Both the position numbers and the translations under genes were made by a program. A stretch of DNA of 64,000 nt from the NCBI GenBank assembly GCA_031362565.1, contig JANLSU010000069.1, positions 32,001 through 96,000 on the forward strand, given 5' to 3'. This document shows positions 1 to 10,988 of this stretch, piece after piece (position 1 is the stretch's first letter; each line of letters begins with the position of its first letter). Origin of the DNA: a bacterium. GTDB lineage: Bacteria; Krumholzibacteriota; Krumholzibacteriia; G020349025. The notes under the pieces are model-generated. The model saw only the letters and a program-made list of their open reading frames with translations. It made no database searches and was not told where the DNA came from.

Positions 1-234
1 AATCGCGCCTCGGAACCCCGGCGACCGGCGCATCGCGCTGAGCCGGTTGGGCATTCGCTCCACGACCGCCAGGGGTGTTCGCAGCACCCCTGGCGCCCGG
101 CCGCCCCTACCCTGACAGCCTCCCCAAAACGCCCCCGGCCGCGAGTTGGCTTGATCGATGCGTTCTGCGCTCCTGGCAGGGCCGCGACTCCGTGGTCCTG
201 CATCCAGACCCACGGAGGCAGGGAGGATGCGCGG

Positions 235-489
235 ATGACAAGCTCCAACACCATGACCGAGGTTGCGGCACCAACGCTGGCGCAACCAACACGGATACAA
301 CAACCTACGCCCACGACCAGTCCGGTCACCTCAACGGAGCCGCACCGGCTCTTGGCCGACTGGCCGATCCTGATCATGATCGTCTGCTCGTGTCTGCTGG
401 CCGGCGCGTTCGCGAACTACGTTCTGGTCCCGGCCGCGAGGACTGCCACAGCCGCTTCGACCCACCAGCAAGTGGACTCGGGTCCGTAA
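235..489 (+). CDS. small hypothetical membrane protein
   Basis: GGAGG upstream of ATG235; Thr/Pro-rich N-terminus followed by one hydrophobic helix (WPILIMIVCSCLLAGAFANYVLV). Confidence 0.45.
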   Translation: MTSSNTMTEVAAPTLAQPTRIQQPTPTTSPVTSTEPHRLLADWPILIMIVCSCLLAGAFANYVLVPAARTATAASTHQQVDSGP

Positions 490-807
490 CCGACCTCGCG
501 GGGCAAGGGGTCGAGCGCCGTGTACTGTGTCACGCGCGGCCCACGTTCGACCGCGTGAGTGTCAATTTCCACGCAGCGGGCCCGGATCGGTGGCCCTCTT
601 GCACCACACCCGGCGCGTGCGCCGGCGCCAGGGGCGCTTTTACAAACTTGGTACTGAGAACGGACCCGCGGGTGACGTTCCGTACGGCGACTTTCGCTAC
701 CATCGCACGATGCGCTGGTAGCCCCCGACTCCGACGTCGTACTGTCGTCCAGAGAGTCACCTTCGCACCGCGCCCCGGTTCTGTTGACGAGCACAAGGAG
801 ATCGAGA

Positions 808-1359
808 ATGGTACGCAGTCGTTTGGCGATGCTTTTGGCGAGCGCTTTCACAGGTGTGGTGCTCGTCGCAGCGACGAGCCGCTCCGAAGAGACCGCAACG
901 AAGACCAAGCTGCCGGATCCGGTCGCCGCCACCTTCAAGGCGACGTTCCCCAACGGCGAGATTCAGAAGGTGGACGCCGAAGTCGAGAATGGCGTCACGA
1001 TCTACGACTTTGAGTTCAAAGACGGCGACACGGAAAAGGAAACCGACATTGCCGCCGATGGCACTCTGTTGGAGTACACCGTTGTCGTCACCGCCGACGC
1101 CGTGCCGGAAGCGGCGCTCAAGTCCATCAACACTCACGCCAAGGGCGCGAAGCTCGGCCGGCTCGAGCACATCGAGGGCACATACGAAACCAAGGATGGC
1201 AAGAACATCAAGCTGGCCGCGCCTCTGACCCGCTACGCTGCGGAGATGACGAAAGGCAAGATGTCAGCCGAAATCATCGTCAACGCCGACGGCACCGTGG
1301 CTGAGGCACCCGAGTGGGTGAAGGCGACTCCGACGCCCAAGGCCAAAGACGCCAAGTAA
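808..1359 (+). CDS. secreted PepSY-like (BLIP/PepSY-type) domain protein
   Basis: AAGGAG at 795-800, ATG808; signal peptide; two repeats of the type LPDPVAATFKATFP..IYDFEFKDG..DIAADGTLL. Confidence 0.75.
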   Translation: MVRSRLAMLLASAFTGVVLVAATSRSEETATKTKLPDPVAATFKATFPNGEIQKVDAEVENGVTIYDFEFKDGDTEKETDIAADGTLLEYTVVVTADAVPEAALKSINTHAKGAKLGRLEHIEGTYETKDGKNIKLAAPLTRYAAEMTKGKMSAEIIVNADGTVAEAPEWVKATPTPKAKDAK

Positions 1360-1366
1360 TCGCAGC

Positions 1367-3790
1367 TCAGAAGGTCTTGCTCCAAGCCACGCCCATCGAT
1401 GGCAGGATCGTGAACCACGTTTCTTCGTCGCGGTCGAGCGTCATGTTGCCGGCCGGATCGAAGCGGCGGAAGTAGTCGTAGCCGAAAACGTTGGCGTGGT
1501 TGGTGAGGTTCACCATCTCCACGAAGAAGCGTAGGTCGCCGCGGCGCGTCGTCCAACGGCGCGTCGCGCGCACGTCGAAGCGGTAGTAGGCCGGTAGGCG
1601 GGCGCCGTAGATCTTCAGCGGCCGCACGGCCACGTCGGGCTCGCCGTCCTCGTCGAGCACCGGGACCAGCGCCTCGAGTGTCGCGGGCCAGCCCGAGTGC
1701 AGCGCCAACGACCCGTTCAGCGACCACTTCTGCCGCCAGTGGTACGTGAAATCCACGTTGGCAGCGTGGCGTTGATCCTGTGGGATCTCGTGCTTGCGGT
1801 CGAACGTCACGGCCCAATCGGTGTTGACGCTCTCGATCCGGTCGACTTCCTCTTCGGCGAGCGACAGCGCGTAGTTGGCGCGCATCGACAGCCGTTTCCC
1901 GAGCCGGTGATCGAAATACAACTCGAGCCCCTTGGATGTGGTCCGGCTCGGGGTGACGAGGATCCGGTCCTCGTTGGTTTCCGGGAACGTGTCGATTCCA
2001 CTCTTCCAGTTGCGGTACACGGGCCGCAGGTCCCGGCCCGACTTGTAGTAGACCTCGGCCCGCAAGAGGGCGCCGTTGTGAAAGTCTTGTTCGAGTCCCG
2101 CCGTCCACTGTTGTGAGCGCTCCGAATCGAAGTAGCGGTTGTCGTTGTTGAGCGCCGCAACGTCATCGATCCCCTGCATTTGACGGTAGATGCCCCAGCC
2201 GGCCCGCAACGTCCGGCCGCCGCCGATACTCAACGCGGCGCCGACGCGCGGGCTGAAGTCACGGTCCTTGGTGTACGAAGCCTGGTCGTACCGCGCGCCG
2301 GTCTCCAGAACGAGCGGACTCGCGACGCGCCAGCGATTCGAGGCGTAGACGCCGAGCCGCGTTCCGATCCGGCCGGACCTGGCATTGGTGACGATGGGGT
2401 AGACGGCGTTCGGATCTTGCGCCGGATCGTTTGGATCCTGCGCGACGATGCTGGTGAAGGAATCGGTGTTGCGCAGCCGCCGCAGATCGACGCCATAGCT
2501 CAGGATATCGGCCTCCGAAAGTCCCGTTGTCCAATCCTGCTTGAAGCCCAGAATCGAGAAATCGCGATTGTTGGTCAGCGTGTAGAGCGGCAGGGAGCTG
2601 AAGTAGTAGCGCTCGAACCCATCGCGGTGCCGGGTGACCAGGCCGGCGGACAACAGGGTGCGGACCGCGGTTCGAGGCCCGAGCACCGACTGCAATGTGC
2701 TCCACACGTAGGCGTTGCCATAGCGATTGCGGGCGTTCTCGCGCGTCTTCAGCGAGTCCTGGAAGCCGGTCGTCGACGGCGCGTTGAACTTGTACTTGTC
2801 GCCCGCATAGAGAGCATCGAATGTGAGCTTGTGGTTCGCATTCAACCGGACCTGGAGTTTGGCGAAGACGTCGTGGTAGCGCGGCGACGGCAGTTCGTCC
2901 TGTTGGATCATTTTGAACACGAGATCCATGAAGCCGCTGCGGGCCGATACCAGCCAGGAGCCCCGGCCATTCCAAAGCGGCCCGCGCCCCATGGCGCGCG
3001 CGTTCATGAAGCTGAGCCCGACGCTGTACGTCGTGTGATCCGGTTCCGGCGTCCGCGACGTGATGTCGAAGACCCCACTGCGCTTGTTGCCGTACTGCGC
3101 CGGGAAACCGCCCGTCATGAGTTGGACGCCGTCGATGGTCTCGGCATCGACGATGCTGAGGGCGCCTTCGTCGAAATCCTTCAGATGGTACGGCTCGTAG
3201 AGTTCGAGCCCATCGAGAAGGATGAGCGTTTCGTCGTGCCGGCCGCCGCGAATCGAGAAATGGGCGCCGTAGTCGCCGGAAGACAGCCCCGGCAGCCGGT
3301 TGACCGCCCGGAACACGTCTTCGCCAAGCTGTGGCACGGACTCGATGTCCTCGCGCGACATCGTTTGCCGGGTGGCGGGGTTCTTCTTCATGAACGAGTA
3401 CGTGCCGGGCGTCACGGTGACAGCCTTGAGACGCAGGTAGCGCTGGCTCATCGACAGGTCAAGAACCAGATCCGCGCCGCTCACGACCTCGACGGAGTCG
3501 CGAACCATGTCCTGGTAGCCGACGCGCTTGGCGCGCAGCGTAAAGGTGCCGGGCGCGACACCGTTCAGCACGAAGCGCCCATTGGGATCGGTGCTGGAGT
3601 GGAATTCGGTCCCGGCCAGCGAGACCTCGACTCGAGCGACGGGGTCGCCGGACTCCGAGTCGACGACGCGGCCGCGGATCGAAGCCGGTGTCACTGTGGC
3701 GCCGGGTGCTATGGGCGATTGCGTCGAGTCTGCGAGCGGATTCTGGGCGCGCGCGGTCGCGACCAGACAAACCAGGATGCCGAACAGCAT
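1367..3790 (-). CDS. TonB-dependent receptor with N-terminal carboxypeptidase-regulatory-like domain
   Basis: IRGRVVDSESG..STDPNGRFVL domain; plug motifs (LPG, IRGG, LLDG, GGFPAQYG); beta-barrel ending in Phe; start uncertain (ORF open to 3952). Confidence 0.9.
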   Translation of the reverse strand: MLFGILVCLVATARAQNPLADSTQSPIAPGATVTPASIRGRVVDSESGDPVARVEVSLAGTEFHSSTDPNGRFVLNGVAPGTFTLRAKRVGYQDMVRDSVEVVSGADLVLDLSMSQRYLRLKAVTVTPGTYSFMKKNPATRQTMSREDIESVPQLGEDVFRAVNRLPGLSSGDYGAHFSIRGGRHDETLILLDGLELYEPYHLKDFDEGALSIVDAETIDGVQLMTGGFPAQYGNKRSGVFDITSRTPEPDHTTYSVGLSFMNARAMGRGPLWNGRGSWLVSARSGFMDLVFKMIQQDELPSPRYHDVFAKLQVRLNANHKLTFDALYAGDKYKFNAPSTTGFQDSLKTRENARNRYGNAYVWSTLQSVLGPRTAVRTLLSAGLVTRHRDGFERYYFSSLPLYTLTNNRDFSILGFKQDWTTGLSEADILSYGVDLRRLRNTDSFTSIVAQDPNDPAQDPNAVYPIVTNARSGRIGTRLGVYASNRWRVASPLVLETGARYDQASYTKDRDFSPRVGAALSIGGGRTLRAGWGIYRQMQGIDDVAALNNDNRYFDSERSQQWTAGLEQDFHNGALLRAEVYYKSGRDLRPVYRNWKSGIDTFPETNEDRILVTPSRTTSKGLELYFDHRLGKRLSMRANYALSLAEEEVDRIESVNTDWAVTFDRKHEIPQDQRHAANVDFTYHWRQKWSLNGSLALHSGWPATLEALVPVLDEDGEPDVAVRPLKIYGARLPAYYRFDVRATRRWTTRRGDLRFFVEMVNLTNHANVFGYDYFRRFDPAGNMTLDRDEETWFTILPSMGVAWSKTF

Positions 3791-3994
3791 CTTGAGCGCA
3801 TGTCGTAGCACCAGTAAGTCCCCAAGGATGTCATGCCAGCATCGAACCAAGTGTCGCACGAATACCCAACCGAACGCTAGAGCCGGGGTGAGAGGGCCGA
3901 GGGCGCCCGGACACGCGGCTGCCTCGCTGCCAAACGGGCGCGAAGAATCCACAGTGCGCCGGTGGGCGCGGCGCGATGACAGGCAACGGGATCT

Positions 3995-5263
3995 CTACCG
4001 AAGCAATAGCAGCTTTCTCTCCTGCACCCGGCCGCCCTCCGGCGTTTGCAGCCGGCAGAGGTAGACGCCGCTCGCCATGCCCGGCGCATGCCAGTGCGAC
4101 GTGTAGCGTCCCGGTTGCCGGGTCCCATCGACGAGCTCCGCCACTTCACGGCCGCACACGTCGTAGATCGCGAGCCGGATGCGCGTCGCACGCTGGACCG
4201 TGAACCCGAGCGCCGTGGCGGCCGGAAACGGATTGGGGAACGCCGGTTCGAGAACGGCGGCCGGCCGATCGAAGACGTTCGCATCCGTCGGCAGGGTCTC
4301 GGCGTCGTAGATGTAGCCGCGCGAGCCGAACGCCGTTCGCCACGTTTCGACGAGGGCCGTGAAGTCCGTCGGCACGATCATGTTCACGTCACGCCAAGCG
4401 ACGATCGGGGTGACGACCGAGTCGGCAATCGAGATGAGCCCATCCGCCCTTTGGATCACGGCCGGCCGGATCGCGTACGACGAGGTGAGCATGAACGGCG
4501 TCCCGACGGCGCCGCTTTGGTAGAGCGCCGCCAGCTCCGGAATCGCCTCGATCGTGCCTTTGTACTGGCCGATCGCAACGATATTCGCGTTCACATCGTC
4601 GACGAAATAGTGGTCGCGATCCTGCGGGCGCCAAACGCCGCTCACCACCGGATCGTTGACGTGATTGGGCGTGCCGCTGCCCATGAGAATGTCGCCCCGC
4701 CAAACGGCCCAGGGATAGTGCTCGCCCGAGACCGGTACGCGGTAGCGGTCCCACGCCTGGAATTGCGGCAGCGCCGGATCCCAAACGTGACCGCCGATCA
4801 CGGTGGTCGGCTCGACCCCAAGCGAATCGATGAGATGCGCGACATCCGTATAGTTGTAGCCGCTGCCCTCGTGGGAATGTGCGTCGATGACGCTGCCAAT
4901 ATCTTCTCTCAAATAGCGAAAGAGATTCTTACCGTTCGTCGTCTGCATGAGCGCCGCGTCCTCGTAGAGGAGCGCGCACCGCAGGATCTTCCAGTCCGGC
5001 TGCAGGGACCAGGGCAGGCCGTTGTCGTGCATCAAGTGCGCGACGCCAATGAGCCGGCTGCGCCACGTCAGGTAACTCTGCCGGTTCTGGGTCGATCCCA
5101 GCGTTCCGCCCGGGGTGTTGTCCTCGATATGGGTGAACAGCACGACCTGGACCGGTGGCGACTGGGCGCGCGAACCCAACGGAACGAAAAGGAGGGCGAG
5201 CAGGGGAATGCTCGCGGCGAGGTTGGGAAGCGTTGTCCCACGGACCAGTCGGCGCATCGGCAT
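3995..5263 (-). CDS. secreted hypothetical protein with C-terminal FlgD-Ig/T9SS type-A-like domain
   Basis: signal peptide; tail PNPF..IYDVCGREVAEL..SGVYLCRL..KLLLLR; HIED and DAHSHE suggest a metal site. Confidence 0.8.
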   Translation of the reverse strand: MPMRRLVRGTTLPNLAASIPLLALLFVPLGSRAQSPPVQVVLFTHIEDNTPGGTLGSTQNRQSYLTWRSRLIGVAHLMHDNGLPWSLQPDWKILRCALLYEDAALMQTTNGKNLFRYLREDIGSVIDAHSHEGSGYNYTDVAHLIDSLGVEPTTVIGGHVWDPALPQFQAWDRYRVPVSGEHYPWAVWRGDILMGSGTPNHVNDPVVSGVWRPQDRDHYFVDDVNANIVAIGQYKGTIEAIPELAALYQSGAVGTPFMLTSSYAIRPAVIQRADGLISIADSVVTPIVAWRDVNMIVPTDFTALVETWRTAFGSRGYIYDAETLPTDANVFDRPAAVLEPAFPNPFPAATALGFTVQRATRIRLAIYDVCGREVAELVDGTRQPGRYTSHWHAPGMASGVYLCRLQTPEGGRVQERKLLLLR

Positions 5264-5411
5264 GCCAAGAGGATAACTCTCGCCGGAGCCCCGTGCCTAC
5301 GGCTGATTCCAGCCCGACCACTCTGGCAGGCCGTCGCCAGGCGGTGTATGCTCGGCACCCGACGCATCGATCGAAGCGTACCTTCGCGCCCAATGGGGCA
5401 ATGGAGGCCGA

Positions 5412-5873
5412 ATGAGACGAAAGCCACCGCGCCCGGGCGTCACCCAATGCACCGCGGCGTTCGCAATCATGTTGTGCGCGGCTTGGGGCTCCCCATCCAG
5501 CGCCGGCGAGCGCCCAGACTCTGCAACACCATTCCTCGCCCAGGCGCCCGCGGAGTCGCCATGCGACGATTCCTTGTATATCGAACTGCGGAAAAAGTCT
5601 CTCGATCAAATGAGCCAACGCGAGTACGAGTTCTTCTTGCAGAAGGACCAGCAGTGTGGCGAATACCGCAAGTGGATCTTGACGCGCGGGGATCGACCGA
5701 CGCCAAGCGCGTCGCCCCTTCCAGGGTCGAGCCCGAAGTGGCCCCGCGATGGAGAGGGCGAGCTTGCCCAGGAGCCGGCCGTGAACGGCGCGATTAACGC
5801 CGTGGCGATCGTTGTCCTGTCCGTGTTTGCAACCATCGGAACGCTCTTGTTTCTAGTCGCCATCAGCGACTAG
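5412..5873 (+). CDS. hypothetical exported/membrane protein
   Basis: GGAGG before ATG; signal-like N-terminus, Cys pair, C-terminal TM helix. Confidence 0.6.
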   Translation: MRRKPPRPGVTQCTAAFAIMLCAAWGSPSSAGERPDSATPFLAQAPAESPCDDSLYIELRKKSLDQMSQREYEFFLQKDQQCGEYRKWILTRGDRPTPSASPLPGSSPKWPRDGEGELAQEPAVNGAINAVAIVVLSVFATIGTLLFLVAISD

Positions 5874-5981
5874 GGAGGTGCCCGCGATGATGCGTTCCGT
5901 GTCGCGCCTCGAAGTCGGCCGAGCGGTCCGACTGTGACACTGTAACGCCTCGCCCGTGCTCTTCCAGCTCTCGCGTCCGGC

Positions 5982-8900
5982 TCAGCGCAGCACCGCGAGC
6001 TTGCCGCGCACTTCCTGGATCGGCGCACCGGCCGGTCGCACGCCAAGCCTGTAGAGGTAGATGCCGCTCGCCACCGCATGGCCGTGAGTGCTCTTGCCAT
6101 TCCACTGGAGCAATCCCCGGCGCAGGCCGTCATGGTGTTGGCGGGTGCGGAAGACCTCCCGGCCATCGACGCTGAAAACCCGCAGCTCGATGTCGGCCGC
6201 GATGTCGAGTAGGAAGGCGAAGTCGGCGCCGGCGCGGGTCGGATTCGGACCGGCACGGAAGTCGGTGAGGCGTAGGATTGGCGCCCCGATGATCTCGAAA
6301 TCGAGGCTTGCCGATGCCGCATTCCCAAGGTTGTCGGATGCGAACAACGTGGCTTGATGCGATCCGGGTGCTAGCGCCGGAAGTGGCACGGAAACCGTTC
6401 CCGACCGGTCGGAGCCCGCGCTCGATCGATACGCCGTCGTGACTTCGATCAGGTCACCACCGTCCAGTTGAACGCGGATCGAACTCGCGGGCGTGAGTCC
6501 CGCGATCCAAATCCCGTTGTCATCGTCGAGCGTGGCTGTCAGCAACGCACCGGACACCACGCGGCGAGCATCGCCCGGGAATGTGAGGCGGATTTGCGGC
6601 GGCGCCAGCGATGAGTCCGGTGCCTCGCCGCGCCTGAGAATGACACCGTCGCGCCCGCCTTTCGCATCCAGCAGTGCGTTCCACGCGTACGCCGCGACCC
6701 GACCACCGGGAAGGAGGCGGGTGTTCTTGGCGCTCGCGCTGTCGCTGTCCAATGGCGGTGGCACGGTGAACTCGAAGGCGAAGCGGCCAGCGCGGACCGG
6801 CACCGAACCGCGATAGACCGGGGCGCCCGGAAGGACGTAGGGGATCACGAGTGGCGGCGGCTCCGTGCGTCGATAACCGCTCGCGTCGGCGTTCCCGAGG
6901 ACCTCGATCTCGGCTTGCCCGTCGAAGCTGGCCAGCGGATCCGTCTTCCCGGGCAGATGGACGATGCCCTCGATCCGGGCGCGCCGCCCGACGGCGAGCG
7001 AATCGGCTCCCGATGTAAATGTGACGGTGGCTTTTGGCACGTTCAAGACGAGCGCGGGGTCGCCAAGCAACATGAAGTGCTCGGTGCCCGTGTTCGGCCG
7101 CCCCTTGGCGAGGCGGTGGACGAGGCCGATCGGCTGCGGGGCGGCGATGCCGGCTCGGAAGAGTTGGGCGAATTGCTGTACGGCAAGCCCAAAACCTGCT
7201 CCGAGGTAGCTCGCCGTTGTCGGTCCGATCGCGGCGATGGCACCGCCGTTCGGCGACGCGACCAGGCGTTCCTCATAGCTCTGTGTCGTGGTGCGATCGA
7301 ATTCCGCTGCGTCGTCGTGGAATTGGAGGACGAGCGGCAACCGCGCGCCGTTCGTGAGCGCCGGCACGTCGCTGGCGAGCAGCAGAACCTCGTCTGCAAG
7401 CTGACTGGCGCTGCCACGTCCTTGATAGCTGAAGAGAGCACAACCCTCGTTCCAGGCTCGAATGAGCGCCGCTCGAGCCGCCGGCTTCTGGGACGCGACG
7501 AGCGGGTATTCGGTCATGTAGACCTTGTCGACGTCGAACTCCGGTGGAATCGTCGCGACCAGATCCTCGGCGTTGTCGATGAAATAGGTTTCATAGCAGC
7601 CGGCGCTCGGGTTGCACTCGTCGTCTGCTGCAATCAGAACACGGCCGCGCCACGGTCCGAATAATGGCTCACTTTCGTAGGCCAGGATCTTGTCTGCCAT
7701 CTGGTCGGCCTCGAGCAGGTCGCGCGCCGGCAACCGGCCAATCGACACGTCGGCCTGTGGAATGAAGGCAACTCCAGCGGGCGGTCGATGCATCGCGACG
7801 AACCAGTCTTCGACGGCGTAGGCGCGACCGGACCGTGGATCGGCATACAGCGGATGGACCGTTGGCACGAGCGTCGGCGGAGTATTTGGAAGAACCTGCC
7901 GGGGATCGCGCGTCGCATCGCCGAGCAGAAGGAGATATGCAAGCCGTGGCTCACTCGACAAGCCGTACAGCCACTTGATCCAGTTCCGGATCGCGAGCGG
8001 ATCTTGGCGGCCGCCAGAGAAGTTATCGTAGATGTCGCGCGTCGTCGTGACGAGAACATCGGGATTCGAAACGCCGGGAAGGTGGTTACGACGGTGTGCG
8101 GCGAGCCGTTCGGCGGCCGGCAAGAGGTCCGGGTGCGTCACAATCAGCATGTCCGGGGTTGTGGTGCGGGATCGAAGCGGTGCGACATCCCGCATCTCGA
8201 GGTCGGTTGCTGCATCCAGCCGGCGTGGCGTGGCGGTCGCGAGATAGTGGACCCGATGGCCGGCGGCGCGCGGGTCTCGGACCCGCCAGCGAGCGGAGTC
8301 GGCGACCGGCGTCAGGCCGGTGAGGCGCACCGGCCGCAGGCGATCTGTCACGTCGAGAAGGAGGGGTTCGATGGCGCCAAAGCCCCCGAACTCCTCGACG
8401 TGCGGAGCGGCTTCGGGGCGCGTGCTCCAGGCAAGTTCGCCGCGTGCGTCGGCCATCAGCGATCGAGCCCACGTCACGTCGAATTCGAAGAGGTACACGA
8501 TGCCGGAGGACGATTGGCTCGTGCGTCGCAAAATGAGTCTGTTGTGGGCGCGCAACGACGCCAGCTCGAACGTAAATGGCTCTGCCGCGTTGGGGTGGAA
8601 GTTGGTCGCGCTGCCGATCGCGATGTCGTTGAGCTGGACAGCGATCGCATTGTTGCCGGACAGATAGTAAGTGCCGATGAGCAAGCGAATCGCTCCGATT
8701 GCCGTGGAGTCGCCGCCCAGATCTAGATCGAAGTCGATGGTCGTCGGGGTCTCGCGGCGAATTTGCTGCCAAGCCAGCAGGTCTCCGAAATCTACGAAGG
8801 CGTGATCTTCCTCGAGATGCTCGCGATGCCACACGCGCGTCACGAGAGGATCCGTCACCGGCTCAGGCGCCGACGCGGAGCGCGATTCCATTCGCAGTCC

Positions 8901-9377
8901 GGGAGCGCCTCCCCAAACCAGCCAGCCGTACTCGAAACGGTCGTAGGGATGCTGCGAGTAGGCGAGCGAATCCGCTACACCGGCCAGGTCGTCCCACCCA
9001 GCCGGTCCGAGCGCGTAAAACACGACGCGATCCTCGGCGTCGAGCTTGCCGTCCTCCTGGCCAGGGACCCAAATGGCGACCTCGCTCATCTCGTAACCCG
9101 GCTGCCAGCTCGCGGGTATCGAGTCGGGGAGCAACGGCGCCGCCTTCCAACTGTCGAACACGAGGCGCAGGGTGCGCGGATCGAACCCTGGATCGTGCAC
9201 TGGTACGCCGGCAATGGCGAGATCTGCAGGTGACAACTCGTAGATGCCACGCGCGGGGATTCGGATCCGGAGCCGGGTCATGGGGAGTTCGGAGGCCTCG
9301 GCACGCGTGTTGGCAAGCACGAGAATGGCAACGCAGACGGTGAGGCGGCGAACAGCAACCGAAATGCGGTCGCGCAT
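5982..9377 (-). CDS. peptidase C25 (gingipain/PorU-like) protein with C-terminal FlgD-Ig domain; catalytic dyad appears substituted
   Basis: GIYELS, VVFYALGP, IYDNFSGGRQDPLAIR, YLLLLGD, IGRLP, LIAADD, LLGDPAL, DAKGG motifs; own signal peptide from ATG9377; lies within the 1673-aa ORF. Confidence 0.8.
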   Translation of the reverse strand: MRDRISVAVRRLTVCVAILVLANTRAEASELPMTRLRIRIPARGIYELSPADLAIAGVPVHDPGFDPRTLRLVFDSWKAAPLLPDSIPASWQPGYEMSEVAIWVPGQEDGKLDAEDRVVFYALGPAGWDDLAGVADSLAYSQHPYDRFEYGWLVWGGAPGLRMESRSASAPEPVTDPLVTRVWHREHLEEDHAFVDFGDLLAWQQIRRETPTTIDFDLDLGGDSTAIGAIRLLIGTYYLSGNNAIAVQLNDIAIGSATNFHPNAAEPFTFELASLRAHNRLILRRTSQSSSGIVYLFEFDVTWARSLMADARGELAWSTRPEAAPHVEEFGGFGAIEPLLLDVTDRLRPVRLTGLTPVADSARWRVRDPRAAGHRVHYLATATPRRLDAATDLEMRDVAPLRSRTTTPDMLIVTHPDLLPAAERLAAHRRNHLPGVSNPDVLVTTTRDIYDNFSGGRQDPLAIRNWIKWLYGLSSEPRLAYLLLLGDATRDPRQVLPNTPPTLVPTVHPLYADPRSGRAYAVEDWFVAMHRPPAGVAFIPQADVSIGRLPARDLLEADQMADKILAYESEPLFGPWRGRVLIAADDECNPSAGCYETYFIDNAEDLVATIPPEFDVDKVYMTEYPLVASQKPAARAALIRAWNEGCALFSYQGRGSASQLADEVLLLASDVPALTNGARLPLVLQFHDDAAEFDRTTTQSYEERLVASPNGGAIAAIGPTTASYLGAGFGLAVQQFAQLFRAGIAAPQPIGLVHRLAKGRPNTGTEHFMLLGDPALVLNVPKATVTFTSGADSLAVGRRARIEGIVHLPGKTDPLASFDGQAEIEVLGNADASGYRRTEPPPLVIPYVLPGAPVYRGSVPVRAGRFAFEFTVPPPLDSDSASAKNTRLLPGGRVAAYAWNALLDAKGGRDGVILRRGEAPDSSLAPPQIRLTFPGDARRVVSGALLTATLDDDNGIWIAGLTPASSIRVQLDGGDLIEVTTAYRSSAGSDRSGTVSVPLPALAPGSHQATLFASDNLGNAASASLDFEIIGAPILRLTDFRAGPNPTRAGADFAFLLDIAADIELRVFSVDGREVFRTRQHHDGLRRGLLQWNGKSTHGHAVASGIYLYRLGVRPAGAPIQEVRGKLAVLR

Positions 9378-9499
9378 CGACAAACACGGGCCCAGGCGGG
9401 TGTGCATCGAGACTCTTTCTGATTGGGCAGTACTCGCGCCGGACATTGTACACCCGAACGTGGCGTGACCGGCGGAAACCCATGGACCTGTCGAGGATC

Positions 9500-10988
9500 G
9501 GATCCTGGCCCGGGCGAGTACGCGGTCGACGGCGAGCCGCGCCTGTCCTTCGGCGAGGGCGCGGACGACCAGGTGATCTTGCGTCGCCCAGACGGCCATG
9601 CCGCGCGAGCCACTCAAGGTCACCTGCAGCCGCGCGCCAGCGGTGAGCTCGCGGTTCATCCCGTTTTCGGCCAGGCGTTGCAACCGGGCGAGGGCGGACG
9701 AGTCCGGGATCACCGCGTTGGCTCGCAGGACGTCGCGCACCTTGCCGCCTTGCCACCACGAGAGGCCGCGCGCCACCAGGTGAGTGCTTCCGACGTCGAA
9801 GTCGAGGTCGGGGACCGCGAGCTGCCGCGTCGCGACGTCGAGCTGCGGGGTCCCGGTGAGAAAGATGCGCCCCTGCATCGCGCCGCTGAACGTTACACCC
9901 AGCGCGACGCGCCCGCTGCCGATGCCGCGCAACGTGATGTCCTCGATGCGCATGCGGCGCCCCGCCATGCGGATCACTCTGCCGACGAGCGATTTGCGCA
10001 TCAGGTCCGTCGCGGCGTCGTACGAGAAGACCCCCTCGAGAACGACATGCAGCCCGGCGTCAGTGCCAGTGCCGGTGCCGGCGTCGGCGCTGGGGTCGGG
10101 CGTCGTCCGGAGCGCCGGTAGGGGCGTCACGAGAGTGCTGTCCTCCAGGCGCATCTCGGTGACGATCCTCGGCCGAGCTTCGAGGCGCAGAACAGCAACC
10201 AACGTGTCGCCACCGCCGCTGAACGATGCGAGCTGCGTCGCGCCGGGCTGAATCAACAACCACACCCCATCGGTGAGCCGGATCGGCCGCTCCATCTTTT
10301 TCCAGATGCCGTCGATCCGGCGGCGCATGTCGACTCGTGCCACCTGCTGATCGAATCGTGCGAGCCGGCGGGTCATTTCCTCACCCAGCGCGCTCGCGAC
10401 CTTGCCGGTGACGTCGACGTGCAGAAAGGTCACGCTACATTGGTCGCGTGGCTCCGTGAACCGGACGATGTCAGCGTGGGTGCGCGTCCGCAGCCCCCAT
10501 TCGGTGGTGAATGACGGAGTACTCACGATGCGCAAAAGCAGCCGGGGTTTGGGATCGCTGCCCCCGCCGCAGCCGGCGCTCATCTCCGGAGCGAGCGGTG
10601 GGTCGTACCAGGCGCGTGCCTCATACTCGAGTGTTGTCTCGATGACGATCTCGGACCCCTCGACACGCACCGAAAACGGCGAGCGGCGCGCCGTGAATGC
10701 AAAGGAGGAACGTGCGGTGCTGTCGGCGCGGATTCGCTGCTCCAGCGAGCCGAAACGGCGCGGCACGTCGGCCTCGAATTGGGCGATCGCCGGCCCGAGG
10801 TCGAAGATGATTGGCGCAATCAGGATCGACGCCGGCACTCGCGGCAGAGTTTCCGCGACGTCGGGCGTCAGCGACGGCTCGGGAGCGGCGACGTGAATCG
10901 GGAGGATCCACACCCGCCAGACGAAATAAGCGGCGACCGCGAGCGCGAGGGCGGCCCCGCCGATCAACCAACCACGCTTTGCCATCAT
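9500..10988 (-). CDS. DUF4403-like protein; no stop codon, reads in frame into the C25 gene
   Basis: GAGGA RBS, ATG10988; N-terminal TM anchor; W..MERPIRL..VWLLIQP, LEARPRI and GRIFLTGTP motifs; 3' boundary approximate. Confidence 0.7.

Noticed and set aside
490..780. Hairpins upstream of the PepSY-like gene as a riboswitch
   Set aside because: No recognisable aptamer consensus; such stems are expected at this GC content.
2180..3808. 542-aa plus-strand ORF and similar long antisense ORFs (4046-5797, 23863-25716, 45113-46561)
   Set aside because: Shadow frames of well-supported genes in GC-rich DNA, with no motifs of their own.
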